From: Acaryochloridaceae cyanobacterium VAR_48_metabat_390
GTDB lineage: Bacteria; Cyanobacteriota; Cyanobacteriia; Thermosynechococcales; Thermosynechococcaceae
Length of the DNA: 40,134 bases
Assembly (NCBI GenBank): GCA_031422435.1
Contig: JANPLU010000085.1
Location: 1 to 40,134, forward strand
Direction of reading: 5' to 3'
Both the position numbers and the translations under genes were made by a program. Below, one piece after another: positions 1-8,169 of this stretch. Positions within the stretch are counted from its first letter, which is position 1. Each line of letters starts with the position of its first letter. Below the pieces are notes generated by a model. The model did not search any database and had not been told where the DNA came from. It saw only the letters and a program-made list of their open reading frames with translations.

Positions 1-247
1 TCATACGCTTCACTCCAAGTACAGTGCCTCAAGTCTCCCGTTTTTAATGTCTTAAATGCTTGAGTATAAATACTTATCGCAAAAGTGAGATGCTCCCACC
101 TGTGAGAATGACGATCAGAGACGAAAGTATCTTAGAGATAAAGAGTTTTGGTCAGCACTCTCTGATCGCGCCCGTTATTTTTATGATGCTGATTTTTCAT
201 ACACTGACAGAAAGTGGAAAGCAATAGAGGCCGATATCACCCGTCAT

Positions 248-739
248 TTGCGCCTCTACGATCTAATTTGCTTAGGCTGGGTTGACATAAACCAATATGC
301 AGAACAACTAAGCATTAAGCTTCCTGAAAATCCTGAATTATTTCTTAGAGAAATTGTTAGGTATGAGGCAATATTTAAGTTTGTGCAATGTAAAGCACTT
401 TACGCTGAACATTCTCCCAGAAGGCTTTGGGAATCAGGAAACAAACATAAAAAGCTATTAATGGCAGTTGAAGAAAAAGGGATAACGAATAAATTAGAGA
501 CTGAAAGTCGAAAAATAAAAGCAATGCTTCACTTTCACGAAATTATCGCCCCATTTATGGGTGCGTGGCATTATTTCATTATAGAAGCTTGTCAGAATTC
601 ACATAAATTGAAGCCTTTCATTAAATTGTACAAAGTAGCTTATCAGGAACTAGAAAGACTATTTCAGCAAGACATTCATCCAAGGGAAAAAAAGAAAGGC
701 TACAAAATCGTTAAAGGGAAAAGGGAACCACTAACGTAG
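248..739 (+). CDS. Hypothetical protein; frame is open from 89 and may be a longer gene (ATG 56) interrupted by TGA at 86-88
   Basis: ORF track plus manual translation upstream; same position (before the xis-like gene) as 38453..39061 in element B. Confidence 0.55.
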   Translation: MRLYDLICLGWVDINQYAEQLSIKLPENPELFLREIVRYEAIFKFVQCKALYAEHSPRRLWESGNKHKKLLMAVEEKGITNKLETESRKIKAMLHFHEIIAPFMGAWHYFIIEACQNSHKLKPFIKLYKVAYQELERLFQQDIHPREKKKGYKIVKGKREPLT

Positions 740-839
740 TTCTTAACCTTTCTTCATGATCGCGATCCGCTCCAGTTTTGAGGCGGTTTTGAGTGTTTTA
801 GTGAAAAGGACAACTGAATTACCCCTAAACCACTCAGCT

Positions 840-917
840 CACTCCCAGACCTACCAACCAAAAACGAGAGTGCCGCAACGAATCTCACCCCGTGCGGCAC
901 TCCCAGACCTACCAACC
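840..917 (+). repeat. 20-bp perfect direct repeat CACTCCCAGACCTACCAACC (840-859, 898-917)
   Basis: Read directly; lies just upstream of the RBS of the xis-like gene. Confidence 0.9.
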
Positions 918-944
918 CATCAAACGACAGGAGGTTTTCCTATT

Positions 945-1229
945 GTGACCGTTTTTACTCGCGTTTCAACTAACCAGCTTTGCCAGCGCACTGGGATGAG
1001 CAAGTCTTATTTTTTCGCAGCCCTTAAAACTGGTTTTTTTACCGAGGGCGTAGACACCGTTCTACTCCCAGGCAATAGCCGCCTGTGGGTTCTAGAGCTA
1101 GTTCAAGACCGTTTGGCAAACCCAACAGACAAGACGGCACGACAAAGGGCGATCGCTCGTTACTTAGAGTCGCTGCCCTCAAATTGGCCGCAACCCAAAG
1201 CCTCACAGCGCCGCGCTGTAGCTGCATAA
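945..1229 (+). CDS. Excisionase-like/AlpA-equivalent HTH DNA-binding protein (94 aa)
   Basis: GTG at 945 preceded by AGGAGG; HTH-like STNQLCQRTGMSKSYF; C-terminal RQRAIARYLESLPSN resembles small proteins of cyanobacterial islands; occupies the alpA position of element B. Confidence 0.65.
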   Translation: MTVFTRVSTNQLCQRTGMSKSYFFAALKTGFFTEGVDTVLLPGNSRLWVLELVQDRLANPTDKTARQRAIARYLESLPSNWPQPKASQRRAVAA

Positions 1230-1232
1230 CAA

Positions 1233-1262
1233 AAAGCCGATCCGGACAAGTGGATCGGCTTT
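1233..1262. terminator. Stem-loop AAAGCCGATCC-N8-GGATCGGCTTT, candidate terminator/attenuator
   Basis: 11-bp perfect inverted repeat directly after the stop at 1229. Confidence 0.6.
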
Positions 1263-1296
1263 GAAGATTAATAACTTTTCAACAGGTAAATACATT

Positions 1297-1509
1297 ATGA
1301 CAGCATCAAAGCCCAATCAACAGGGGGATTTTCAGGCAGATTTTGATCGGCTAATCCAGAATTTTGAGGCGATCGCCAAAATCCAAAGCGCAACCCGCCG
1401 CCGCTTTATTTTGAATCGGATTGCTTCTTATTACGACATTTCAAAGGCTGAATGCCGCGCTCTTTATAAATCTTGGGTGACTGAGCAGATTGTTGGAGGT
1501 GCGGCGTGA
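1297..1509 (+). CDS. Small conserved protein preceding the primase (70 aa); paralog of 39504..39722
   Basis: ATG at 1297; aligns with 39504..39722 (F-x-RLI-xx-F-xx-IA-x-I...E-x-R-x-L-xxx-WV...GGAA); GTGA overlap with the primase. Confidence 0.75.
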   Translation: MTASKPNQQGDFQADFDRLIQNFEAIAKIQSATRRRFILNRIASYYDISKAECRALYKSWVTEQIVGGAA

Positions 1510-4115
1510 TAGATCTCGCTCTAAAGCACCTCGGACTACTGGGATACAAAGACGGTGATCGCGTCTATCTCCGACCAATCACCCCTAGCGGCAAAGCCCA
1601 AAACGTTACAGTCACATATCCGACCCTACGGACCCTACCCAAGAAACGGAATGTTTATTTTGTGGTTAACGGAGGGGGGAATTCAGATGCAGACGTTACT
1701 GAATGTTGTGCCATTTTCTACGAGCATGACAATTTAGACAAATCATTTCAGCGTGACCTCTGGCAGTCTTTAGGGCTACCAGAGCCTACATTTCAAGTTG
1801 ACACAGGCGGCAAATCAGTCCATAGCTATTGGGTGTTTGACCAGCCGATAGGCGTTGATGAATGGCGATCGCTTCAGTCAGATTTCTTAGAGTTTGCCAA
1901 TGCAGATCGCTCAATCAAGAATCCGTCGCGGGTGATGCGTCTCGCTGGCAGTATTCACCAGGGGACAGGCCAACAGGCCACGATCATCACTCAGTCAGGA
2001 CAGCGCTACTCCTACCAAGAACTGAGGGCAGTTATCCCAGAACAGACTAAACCAGAGCGCAAACAACGCCCACAGCAGTCCGTAACGGTGGGTCTAATGC
2101 CCTTGACGGTTGTGTTAGATCCCAAAAACAGGATGCGGATTGAGTCAGGCAGTGCTGAGGGTTCCCGTAACGCTTCAGGGGCTGCGCTAGTTCGTGACTT
2201 GATCGGATGTGAAGTCTGGTCACGGGCTTCTGGTATCCAGTACGAGGGCAGTGCAGAGAGATTGTTTCAAGACTACTGCGATCACTGTAACCCTCCCTTG
2301 CCAGATCGAGAACGAGACACAATTTGGCGCTCTGCTATGGGCGATAGTCCTACGCCTACCCTATCAGTGGATAAAATTCTGGGCTGCATACAGGCATGGG
2401 AACGGCGCGAAAGTCGCCCACAGGGTGCCCCACGATTAGACAACCCTGAAATAGAATCCTCTGATTCAGGGGTTGAGGCTCTAATATCTCACGGCAGCAC
2501 TAAACCCCCTCAGTTATTTGCAGACGGTCTAACCGATCCGGTTAGCAAGTTAAGCAACAGTTTAGGGCTGTCTATCGAGCCTTTTATTGTGTGCTTACTG
2601 CCTATTCTTGGCTCAAGGATCAAGGCAGGGACACGGTTAGCGATAGATTTTGTGACCGATTACTATGCACCTCCCATCATTTGGGCGGGGCTAGTGGGTG
2701 ACTCAGGTACTCTAAAAACTCCAATTCTCAAAGCATTGACTAGCCCTTTAGACGATCTGCAAAAAGAAGCCTTTGAGGACTATCAACGGCTCTACTCAGA
2801 ATATGAAATGGAGCTACAGCGATGGGAATCGTTCAAAAAGGATGAGAGAGCAGACAATCCTAAGCCAAAGCCCCCAGCTCTGAAAGATCTGTACTTCTCA
2901 GACTTCACCATTGAGGCGATTGCTGATTCAATGCGCTACTACCCAGACGAGGGGTACTTAGTCCACATTGATGAGCTGGCAGCATTTCTTAAGTCAATGG
3001 ATGCCTACCGCAATGGGAAAGGAAGCGATCGCCAAAGGTGGCTTACCTCACATAGTGGCAGTGCCCTAAAAGTCAACCGTAAATCCTCAGAACCTATCTA
3101 CCTTTATCGAACCTCAATCAGCCTTGTAGGCGGCATTCAGCCTTCAGTTTTAGAAAAGCAGGTGCTAGACGATCCAACTTCAGAAGATGGATTATGGGCG
3201 CGGTTTATTTGGGTTCGTCTGTCCATGACCACACCCCCCGGTATCTCAGACAGACCCCGATTCGATTTATCTCAACTGCTGAAGGGAATCTATCACAGCC
3301 TAAATCAGGTAGAGGCCAAAACCTACGGACTATCTAATGAAGCTAAAAAGCTTTGGAACGAATGGAATGCCGAGATAGGGCAACTCATCAAACAAGAGCC
3401 TTCAGGCATCCTGAGATCGACCTATCCAAAGCTCAAGGAAGCAGCGGCGCGTATTGCTCTAATTGCCCACATCACCAACGCAAAGGTGTCTAGCATCCCT
3501 ATTGAAGACACCATCTCAGGCGACACCCTCAACAGTGCGATTGAATTTACGCGCTGGCTGATGGGTCAGACTCGGATGCTGTATTGCGAGATTGGCACCT
3601 CAGACAATCCTAAGGCATCCAGAATCGTCAAATTTGTAAACCGATTTAGAGGGTGTGGGTGGATCAAAGCTCGAACGGTTCGGGATTGGTGGGCAGGAAA
3701 GGATAAGCCCAATGCAAAGAAGTGCCGCGAATGGATGGCTGAAATTGTGGGGCTTGGATATGCAGCAGACAACGGGCTAAAAATTGAGGATTCAAATTAC
3801 CAGATAGAAATCGTAGTCCATCTAGTCCATGACCAGCCCAAAACTCATATACAGCAAGGGACACAGGTAGGGACTACCGTTAGTCCATGCGTAGTCCATC
3901 TAGTCCATGACCAGTCCCCACCCCACACCGATGAGCAGAAAAAAGACTCAGGATGGACTAGATGGACTAACGATGGACTAAGGGTAGTCCATGACTCAAT
4001 CCCATGCACAGTAAGCAATTCAGAAGATGATGGACTAGATGGACTAGGATTTGTAGATCCAAAAGTTGATGAATGGGTAGATATAGACCCTGACGAGTTG
4101 GGAGGTGCAGCATGA
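1506..4115 (+). CDS. RepB-type (AEP) DNA primase-PriCT-DUF3987 (YfjI-like) helicase fusion
   Basis: AEP motifs EHD, DTGGKSVHSYW, NPSRVMRLAG; PriCT-like GSRN...CNPPLPDRE; P-loop GDSGTLKT, Walker B IDELA, ISLVGGIQP, DGLWARF. Confidence 0.85.
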   Translation: MIDLALKHLGLLGYKDGDRVYLRPITPSGKAQNVTVTYPTLRTLPKKRNVYFVVNGGGNSDADVTECCAIFYEHDNLDKSFQRDLWQSLGLPEPTFQVDTGGKSVHSYWVFDQPIGVDEWRSLQSDFLEFANADRSIKNPSRVMRLAGSIHQGTGQQATIITQSGQRYSYQELRAVIPEQTKPERKQRPQQSVTVGLMPLTVVLDPKNRMRIESGSAEGSRNASGAALVRDLIGCEVWSRASGIQYEGSAERLFQDYCDHCNPPLPDRERDTIWRSAMGDSPTPTLSVDKILGCIQAWERRESRPQGAPRLDNPEIESSDSGVEALISHGSTKPPQLFADGLTDPVSKLSNSLGLSIEPFIVCLLPILGSRIKAGTRLAIDFVTDYYAPPIIWAGLVGDSGTLKTPILKALTSPLDDLQKEAFEDYQRLYSEYEMELQRWESFKKDERADNPKPKPPALKDLYFSDFTIEAIADSMRYYPDEGYLVHIDELAAFLKSMDAYRNGKGSDRQRWLTSHSGSALKVNRKSSEPIYLYRTSISLVGGIQPSVLEKQVLDDPTSEDGLWARFIWVRLSMTTPPGISDRPRFDLSQLLKGIYHSLNQVEAKTYGLSNEAKKLWNEWNAEIGQLIKQEPSGILRSTYPKLKEAAARIALIAHITNAKVSSIPIEDTISGDTLNSAIEFTRWLMGQTRMLYCEIGTSDNPKASRIVKFVNRFRGCGWIKARTVRDWWAGKDKPNAKKCREWMAEIVGLGYAADNGLKIEDSNYQIEIVVHLVHDQPKTHIQQGTQVGTTVSPCVVHLVHDQSPPHTDEQKKDSGWTRWTNDGLRVVHDSIPCTVSNSEDDGLDGLGFVDPKVDEWVDIDPDELGGAA
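3812..4046. repeat. Iteron cluster, probable replication origin: 11 copies of TAGTCCAT
   Basis: Forward at 3814, 3823, 3881, 3892, 3901, 3985; reverse at 3953, 3962, 3973, 4030, 4039; includes a 25-bp direct repeat 3812-3836/3890-3914. Confidence 0.85.
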
Positions 4116-4492
4116 ACGCTCTCCCTTCTATCGGCGGATGGGTGTGGGGCTGCTCTGGAAACGTCTGCCAGGTGCAGAAGGTACAGCAGCATCCCACTAC
4201 TAAAGCCGTTCGATTGGTTGTCATGTGTCCACAAGGTAAGACCGTCATTCCCTTAGATGCAGTTGTGGGCACAGCACCGGACACAACCGAGCATCCAGCG
4301 ATAGGCGATCGCGTTTGGGTTGCTCCTGTAGATGCAGTGGGGACTGTTGCGCAGCTTGACCATGAAGACCGGATGGCGCGGGTGAATGACATCGAGGGCT
4401 ATACCCATCCAGTGACGGGCTATGAGGTGATCTCGCAATGGTTCCCCTATGCCTGCCTAGAAACGATTGAGGAAGGGAGGGCTACGGAATGA
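4112..4492 (+). CDS. Hypothetical protein (two short SH3/KOW-like beta segments)
   Basis: ATGA-coupled to the primase with GGAGG SD; IGDRVWV-type motif. Confidence 0.65.
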   Translation: MNALPSIGGWVWGCSGNVCQVQKVQQHPTTKAVRLVVMCPQGKTVIPLDAVVGTAPDTTEHPAIGDRVWVAPVDAVGTVAQLDHEDRMARVNDIEGYTHPVTGYEVISQWFPYACLETIEEGRATE

Positions 4493-4656
4493 GTGAGACA
4501 CACGACCCACAGATAGAGGGTGATCGCCTCTATCGGGAATGCTTGGACCTGCTGAATCGAATTAAATGCAAACGTCTAAATGTGAAGCTCCTAAAGGCTT
4601 CTAAACACTTTCTTGAATTGACGCTCAACTATAAAACAAAGGATTCTAGACCATGA
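4489..4656 (+). CDS. Hypothetical 55-aa protein (not in ORF track)
   Basis: MSETHDPQIEGDRLYRECLDLLNRIK...; ATGA overlap with previous stop, GGAGG upstream. Confidence 0.6.
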   Translation: MSETHDPQIEGDRLYRECLDLLNRIKCKRLNVKLLKASKHFLELTLNYKTKDSRP

Positions 4657-4723
4657 TTGGCAAAGGTTTCGGATATCAAGCACCACACGTAGGGAAAGGC
4701 GAAGCAGCACGACTAGAGCGTAT

Positions 4724-5593
4724 TTGTGTGCCGTCTTGAGTGGCGAAACAGATGCCCCAGAACGGTTTATTGCCTGGTCTGATCGCATTACTCAAAGACT
4801 TGGCGGCGAAAGGGCTTGGGAGCAGTGGTTCATTCATCATGCCAATGACGATCTAGGGTATGCGATCGCCTCAAAGTTCCATGCAGCCATTCACAAAATA
4901 TTACCCCCTAGCATTCGGCAGGAGATGAGCAGCAAGGCTAGAGAATGCCTGACCTCAATCTTTCGAGATGACGGGCTAACCTTGGGCAAAGATTTCTCAA
5001 TGGCTCCTGATGGTGGGTTCATTCTGGGAGAAAAGGCTATCGAAAAACTTAAGGCCGATATGCCACCTCAAGCATGGGCAGATTGGGAGAGCCAAGGCTT
5101 GATCAAGTCAGTCACTTCATGCCCTTGGGAAGCAGTAGAGAAGCGGCTAGATGTTTTATTCCGTCAAAACTTACTGCATCGACTGTCTCAACTGGTGAAG
5201 CAAGGCCGCGCGGCTGCTGTGATTGCTGGATGGATATTAACGCTTTCATGTGGCGTGACCAATCAGGTCATGGGAAGCGATGAGGATTTGACCCTGTTCA
5301 ATTTGATGTTGAGGCATCTTCACGAGAATCACGAAGCCACGGCTAAAGAGGTCTGGGCTGCCATTCAATCAGGCAACTGTGCAAATGGGGATGAACTTCT
5401 AGCCATGGACATTAATTGTTTGTGTGATGTGGCGATCGCCGCAGGTAGCTCTGAAGAGAACGGAGAAATTAAAGGCGATCACATCAATAGAAAATGTATG
5501 GAACGATTAGCCCTTGTATGGCGTGGCGATAAGTTCAGCATGACTGAGGTGATTGGGCTGCTAGACAAGCACAGCAGAGGGAAAGCAGCATGA
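4724..5593 (+). CDS. Hypothetical protein; true start may be ATG 4653 with a 1-nt frameshift
   Basis: Long ORF in operon; coupled ATG at 4653 (MIGKGFG) is out of frame. Confidence 0.65.
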   Translation: MCAVLSGETDAPERFIAWSDRITQRLGGERAWEQWFIHHANDDLGYAIASKFHAAIHKILPPSIRQEMSSKARECLTSIFRDDGLTLGKDFSMAPDGGFILGEKAIEKLKADMPPQAWADWESQGLIKSVTSCPWEAVEKRLDVLFRQNLLHRLSQLVKQGRAAAVIAGWILTLSCGVTNQVMGSDEDLTLFNLMLRHLHENHEATAKEVWAAIQSGNCANGDELLAMDINCLCDVAIAAGSSEENGEIKGDHINRKCMERLALVWRGDKFSMTEVIGLLDKHSRGKAA

Positions 5594-5609
5594 CTGAGGT
5601 GATTGGGCT
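5536..5609 (+). repeat. 24-bp perfect direct repeat CAGCATGACTGAGGTGATTGGGCT (5536-5559, 5586-5609)
   Basis: Read directly. Confidence 0.9.
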
Positions 5610-5766
5610 ACAGGTTGAGCGCATCTCTCGAATCACAAAGTATCTACCGCGCGATGAACTTGAGAAGTTTCTATTGACGTTGGCTCAAAACTTTTTAGAG
5701 CGAGAAACCGTTTATGCTCAGTGGGTTAAATCGCTTAAATCCCAGGTAAACGAGACGTCTGACTGA
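5590..5766 (+). CDS. Hypothetical 58-aa protein (not in ORF track)
   Basis: MTEVIGLQVERISRITKYLPRDELEKFLL...; ATGA overlap with previous stop. Confidence 0.55.
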   Translation: MTEVIGLQVERISRITKYLPRDELEKFLLTLAQNFLERETVYAQWVKSLKSQVNETSD

Positions 5767-5819
5767 AGCCAAAATGCTAAACTTTAAACAACAATCAAAC
5801 CGATTTAAGAGGATAAAAA

Positions 5820-6323
5820 ATGAACCAGGTAGCAGCGAGACTAGATGCTTTAGAAGCCGTCAGTGCTGAAATAAGTAATAAGATTTCAGCATTGAAGCGC
5901 AAAGATGAAGAGCAGACAAAAAGGATAGATTCGATACTGGCTCAACCGCTGCCAAAGGTAGCAATTTCTACTCAATCAAAACCCGCAGATTCCGCAACAC
6001 CATCGACACAAAGCAGTCTTTCTCTTAAAGAACAAATTGCCCAGACTGAACGCTACCTGCACAATCTCCACAGCAGCAACCCATATACAAACGCGGGCAA
6101 AATCCAAACAGCGAACCGCGAACTAAAAGACCTTAGAGCACAGGAAGCGCAACGGGAAGAGAGCGAAACAGAACAGTTGGCTAAAGCGCGTACTGTGGAG
6201 AATGCGATTCTGGCAGCAAAGCTAAAAGCTGATGCTGAATACCGCAACTCTCCTGAGGGCAGGAAGCAGGCGCTTGAGGATGCGCATAAAAGGTATCAAG
6301 CTCAACATGGAATCTTTGTTTAA
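5820..6323 (+). CDS. Hypothetical coiled-coil protein
   Basis: AGAGGA RBS; heptad-rich helical sequence. Confidence 0.7.
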   Translation: MNQVAARLDALEAVSAEISNKISALKRKDEEQTKRIDSILAQPLPKVAISTQSKPADSATPSTQSSLSLKEQIAQTERYLHNLHSSNPYTNAGKIQTANRELKDLRAQEAQREESETEQLAKARTVENAILAAKLKADAEYRNSPEGRKQALEDAHKRYQAQHGIFV

Positions 6324-6335
6324 GGGAAAAAAATC

Positions 6336-6686
6336 ATGCGCTTTACCATCCGAAATTCAGACAGTTCTGTCTATAGCTTTGAGTCCACGCCCGAGGGAAT
6401 CCGAGAGCAGAAAGGACAGATCCTACAGCAGCTACAGACCCTTGTAGATAGCCAGTGGAAGAGCAAAACCCAACGCGATTACGACGTTAATTTATCAGCC
6501 GATCCACGGGTTAAAAAGTTTAACTCTGACTTAAACTTTTATGCTCAGTGCGATCAACAAATTGAAGTTGAGCAAAGGCTTTCTCAGACGGCTGAAGCTG
6601 AGAAAAGGGTAAGAGATGAGCAGTTCAGAAAAACTTACGGGTTCTACCCTGATCAGTATCAGGTCGATGAGCAAAGTTTTTATTAA
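6336..6686 (+). CDS. Hypothetical protein
   Basis: ORF in operon with AAGGGA RBS. Confidence 0.65.
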   Translation: MRFTIRNSDSSVYSFESTPEGIREQKGQILQQLQTLVDSQWKSKTQRDYDVNLSADPRVKKFNSDLNFYAQCDQQIEVEQRLSQTAEAEKRVRDEQFRKTYGFYPDQYQVDEQSFY

Positions 6687-6781
6687 ACCTGAATGACCAA
6701 AATAACCGTTGATAACGCCATAGAGAAGCATTGACGGACTAGCAAAGCACCTAATTTCACATAGTTGAGAATCTAAGAGCG

Positions 6782-7054
6782 ATGTTTACAACTACCACAC
6801 CTAAAAAGTACAGCCCTAGCGATTCGCGTCTCGTTGAAAGGTTCTGCGAAATCTTTGAGATTGACGATTGGCGACAGCTCCCAAAAGGGCAGATCGGAGA
6901 AATGGTATTTGTGAAAATGCCTCAGTTTTGGAAAGCGCGGGCTGAATGGCTGCACACGGAAGATCCTACCGAGCTGCTTAAGGACACGACGATGGCAGGT
7001 GCCCACAGCCTTTCAGGCACTCCGGCTTATCAGAGACTGAATGGTAATGAGTAA
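6782..7054 (+). CDS. Hypothetical protein
   Basis: ORF co-oriented, directly upstream of the TerS cluster. Confidence 0.55.
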   Translation: MFTTTTPKKYSPSDSRLVERFCEIFEIDDWRQLPKGQIGEMVFVKMPQFWKARAEWLHTEDPTELLKDTTMAGAHSLSGTPAYQRLNGNE

Positions 7055-7115
7055 GCAAAAACGCGGAGAAAAGTAAAGAAAACGCAGGATAAAGTAAGGT
7101 CTATACGTCTTAAAA

Positions 7116-7616
7116 ATGAACCCACGACAGCAGCGATTCTGCCAAGAATACCTAGTCGATCTGAACGCCTCCAGGGCAGCGACACACGCGGGGTACAGCA
7201 GCAAAACCGCGTCATCTCAAGGTGAACGCCTGTTGAGGAATGTTGAGGTGAGGGCTGAGATTAAGCGGCTTCAGCAGCAGCGCTCAGAACAGCTGGAAAT
7301 TACCGCTGATGATGTGTTGACCGACCTCGCGGCGATCGCCTTTACTCCCATCACTGAGGTGTTGACCATAGCTGATGGAAAGGTGACGCTGTTGGATAGT
7401 TCGCAGTGGTCAGACGAGGCTAGTAAGGCTGTAGAGTCCGTTCGACAGTCGAAGGATGGGTTTAGCGTCAAGATGCACTCGAAGCTGGCAGCACTTGAAA
7501 AACTCATGCAGCACTTGGGTATGCTGTCAGATCTGAACGTGGCGATCGCAACCCTCTTAACCTATGGCGACGTGCAGAAGACGGATGAAGGCTATCGAGT
7601 GATACTCAATGAGTAA
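7116..7616 (+). CDS. terS: Terminase small subunit (Terminase_2, SPP1 gp1/SaPI-type)
   Basis: Canonical RQQRFCQEYLVDLNASRAATHAGYSSKTASSQGERLL...ITADDVLTDLAAIAF...KLAALEKLMQHLGM. Confidence 0.92.
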   Translation: MNPRQQRFCQEYLVDLNASRAATHAGYSSKTASSQGERLLRNVEVRAEIKRLQQQRSEQLEITADDVLTDLAAIAFTPITEVLTIADGKVTLLDSSQWSDEASKAVESVRQSKDGFSVKMHSKLAALEKLMQHLGMLSDLNVAIATLLTYGDVQKTDEGYRVILNE

Positions 7617-8169
7617 GACATGGACTAAAGAGGAATGCCGCCTGCGGTACGTCCAAGGGGAACGCATTGGACTAAAAGCCCTTGCGGTAGAGTCAGGGGT
7701 GTCGTTTGGTTCCCTGAAGCGTTGGTCTTCTGAAAAGCCTGAAACATGGCCTCAGCAGCGAAAACAGTTTGAGACCAAAGTAAGACTTTTCACCCACCAA
7801 AAAAGCATAGAAACTGTCTCAACTGCGATCGCCCACAGCAATGAAGCCGTCATCGCAGAACACCTTGAGATGCTGGCAATGCTTCGGGAAATTGCCTCAT
7901 TTTTCTTCAAAGCTGTGTTGTTCAGAGTTAAAGAAATTGAGAATGACTCAGATCCTGACTCTGTAAATGACAAGCTGCTGGAGTTCCTAAAAACCTTGGG
8001 TGGGCGTGTCCCATTACAAACCTACTCAAACGTTTTGCACATTGCTATTCAAGGGGAAAGGCAGGCGCTTCATTTAGATTTAGTTGACCCTGCCATCCTA
8101 GAGAGAGCAGCCAATAGGCACGGGTTGAGCCTTGTAAACCTTGAAGTAGTGGAGAATCCCAATGCCTAA
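7609..8169 (+). CDS. HTH protein, terminase small subunit-like (second family)
   Basis: N-terminal YVQGERIGLKALAVESGVSFGSLKRWS...WPQQRKQF; C-terminal AIQGERQALHLD like the 'LIxLERQAxGLD' end of phage TerS proteins; overlaps terS by 8 nt. Confidence 0.6.
   Translation: MSKTWTKEECRLRYVQGERIGLKALAVESGVSFGSLKRWSSEKPETWPQQRKQFETKVRLFTHQKSIETVSTAIAHSNEAVIAEHLEMLAMLREIASFFFKAVLFRVKEIENDSDPDSVNDKLLEFLKTLGGRVPLQTYSNVLHIAIQGERQALHLDLVDPAILERAANRHGLSLVNLEVVENPNA

Noticed and set aside
756..944. N-terminal extension of the xis-like ORF from ATG 756
   Set aside because: Spans the 20-bp repeats and looks non-coding; a strong AGGAGG precedes GTG 945.
3812..4046. Possible CRISPR array
   Set aside because: Units are 8-mers in both orientations with irregular spacing inside a CDS; no repeat-spacer periodicity and no cas genes.
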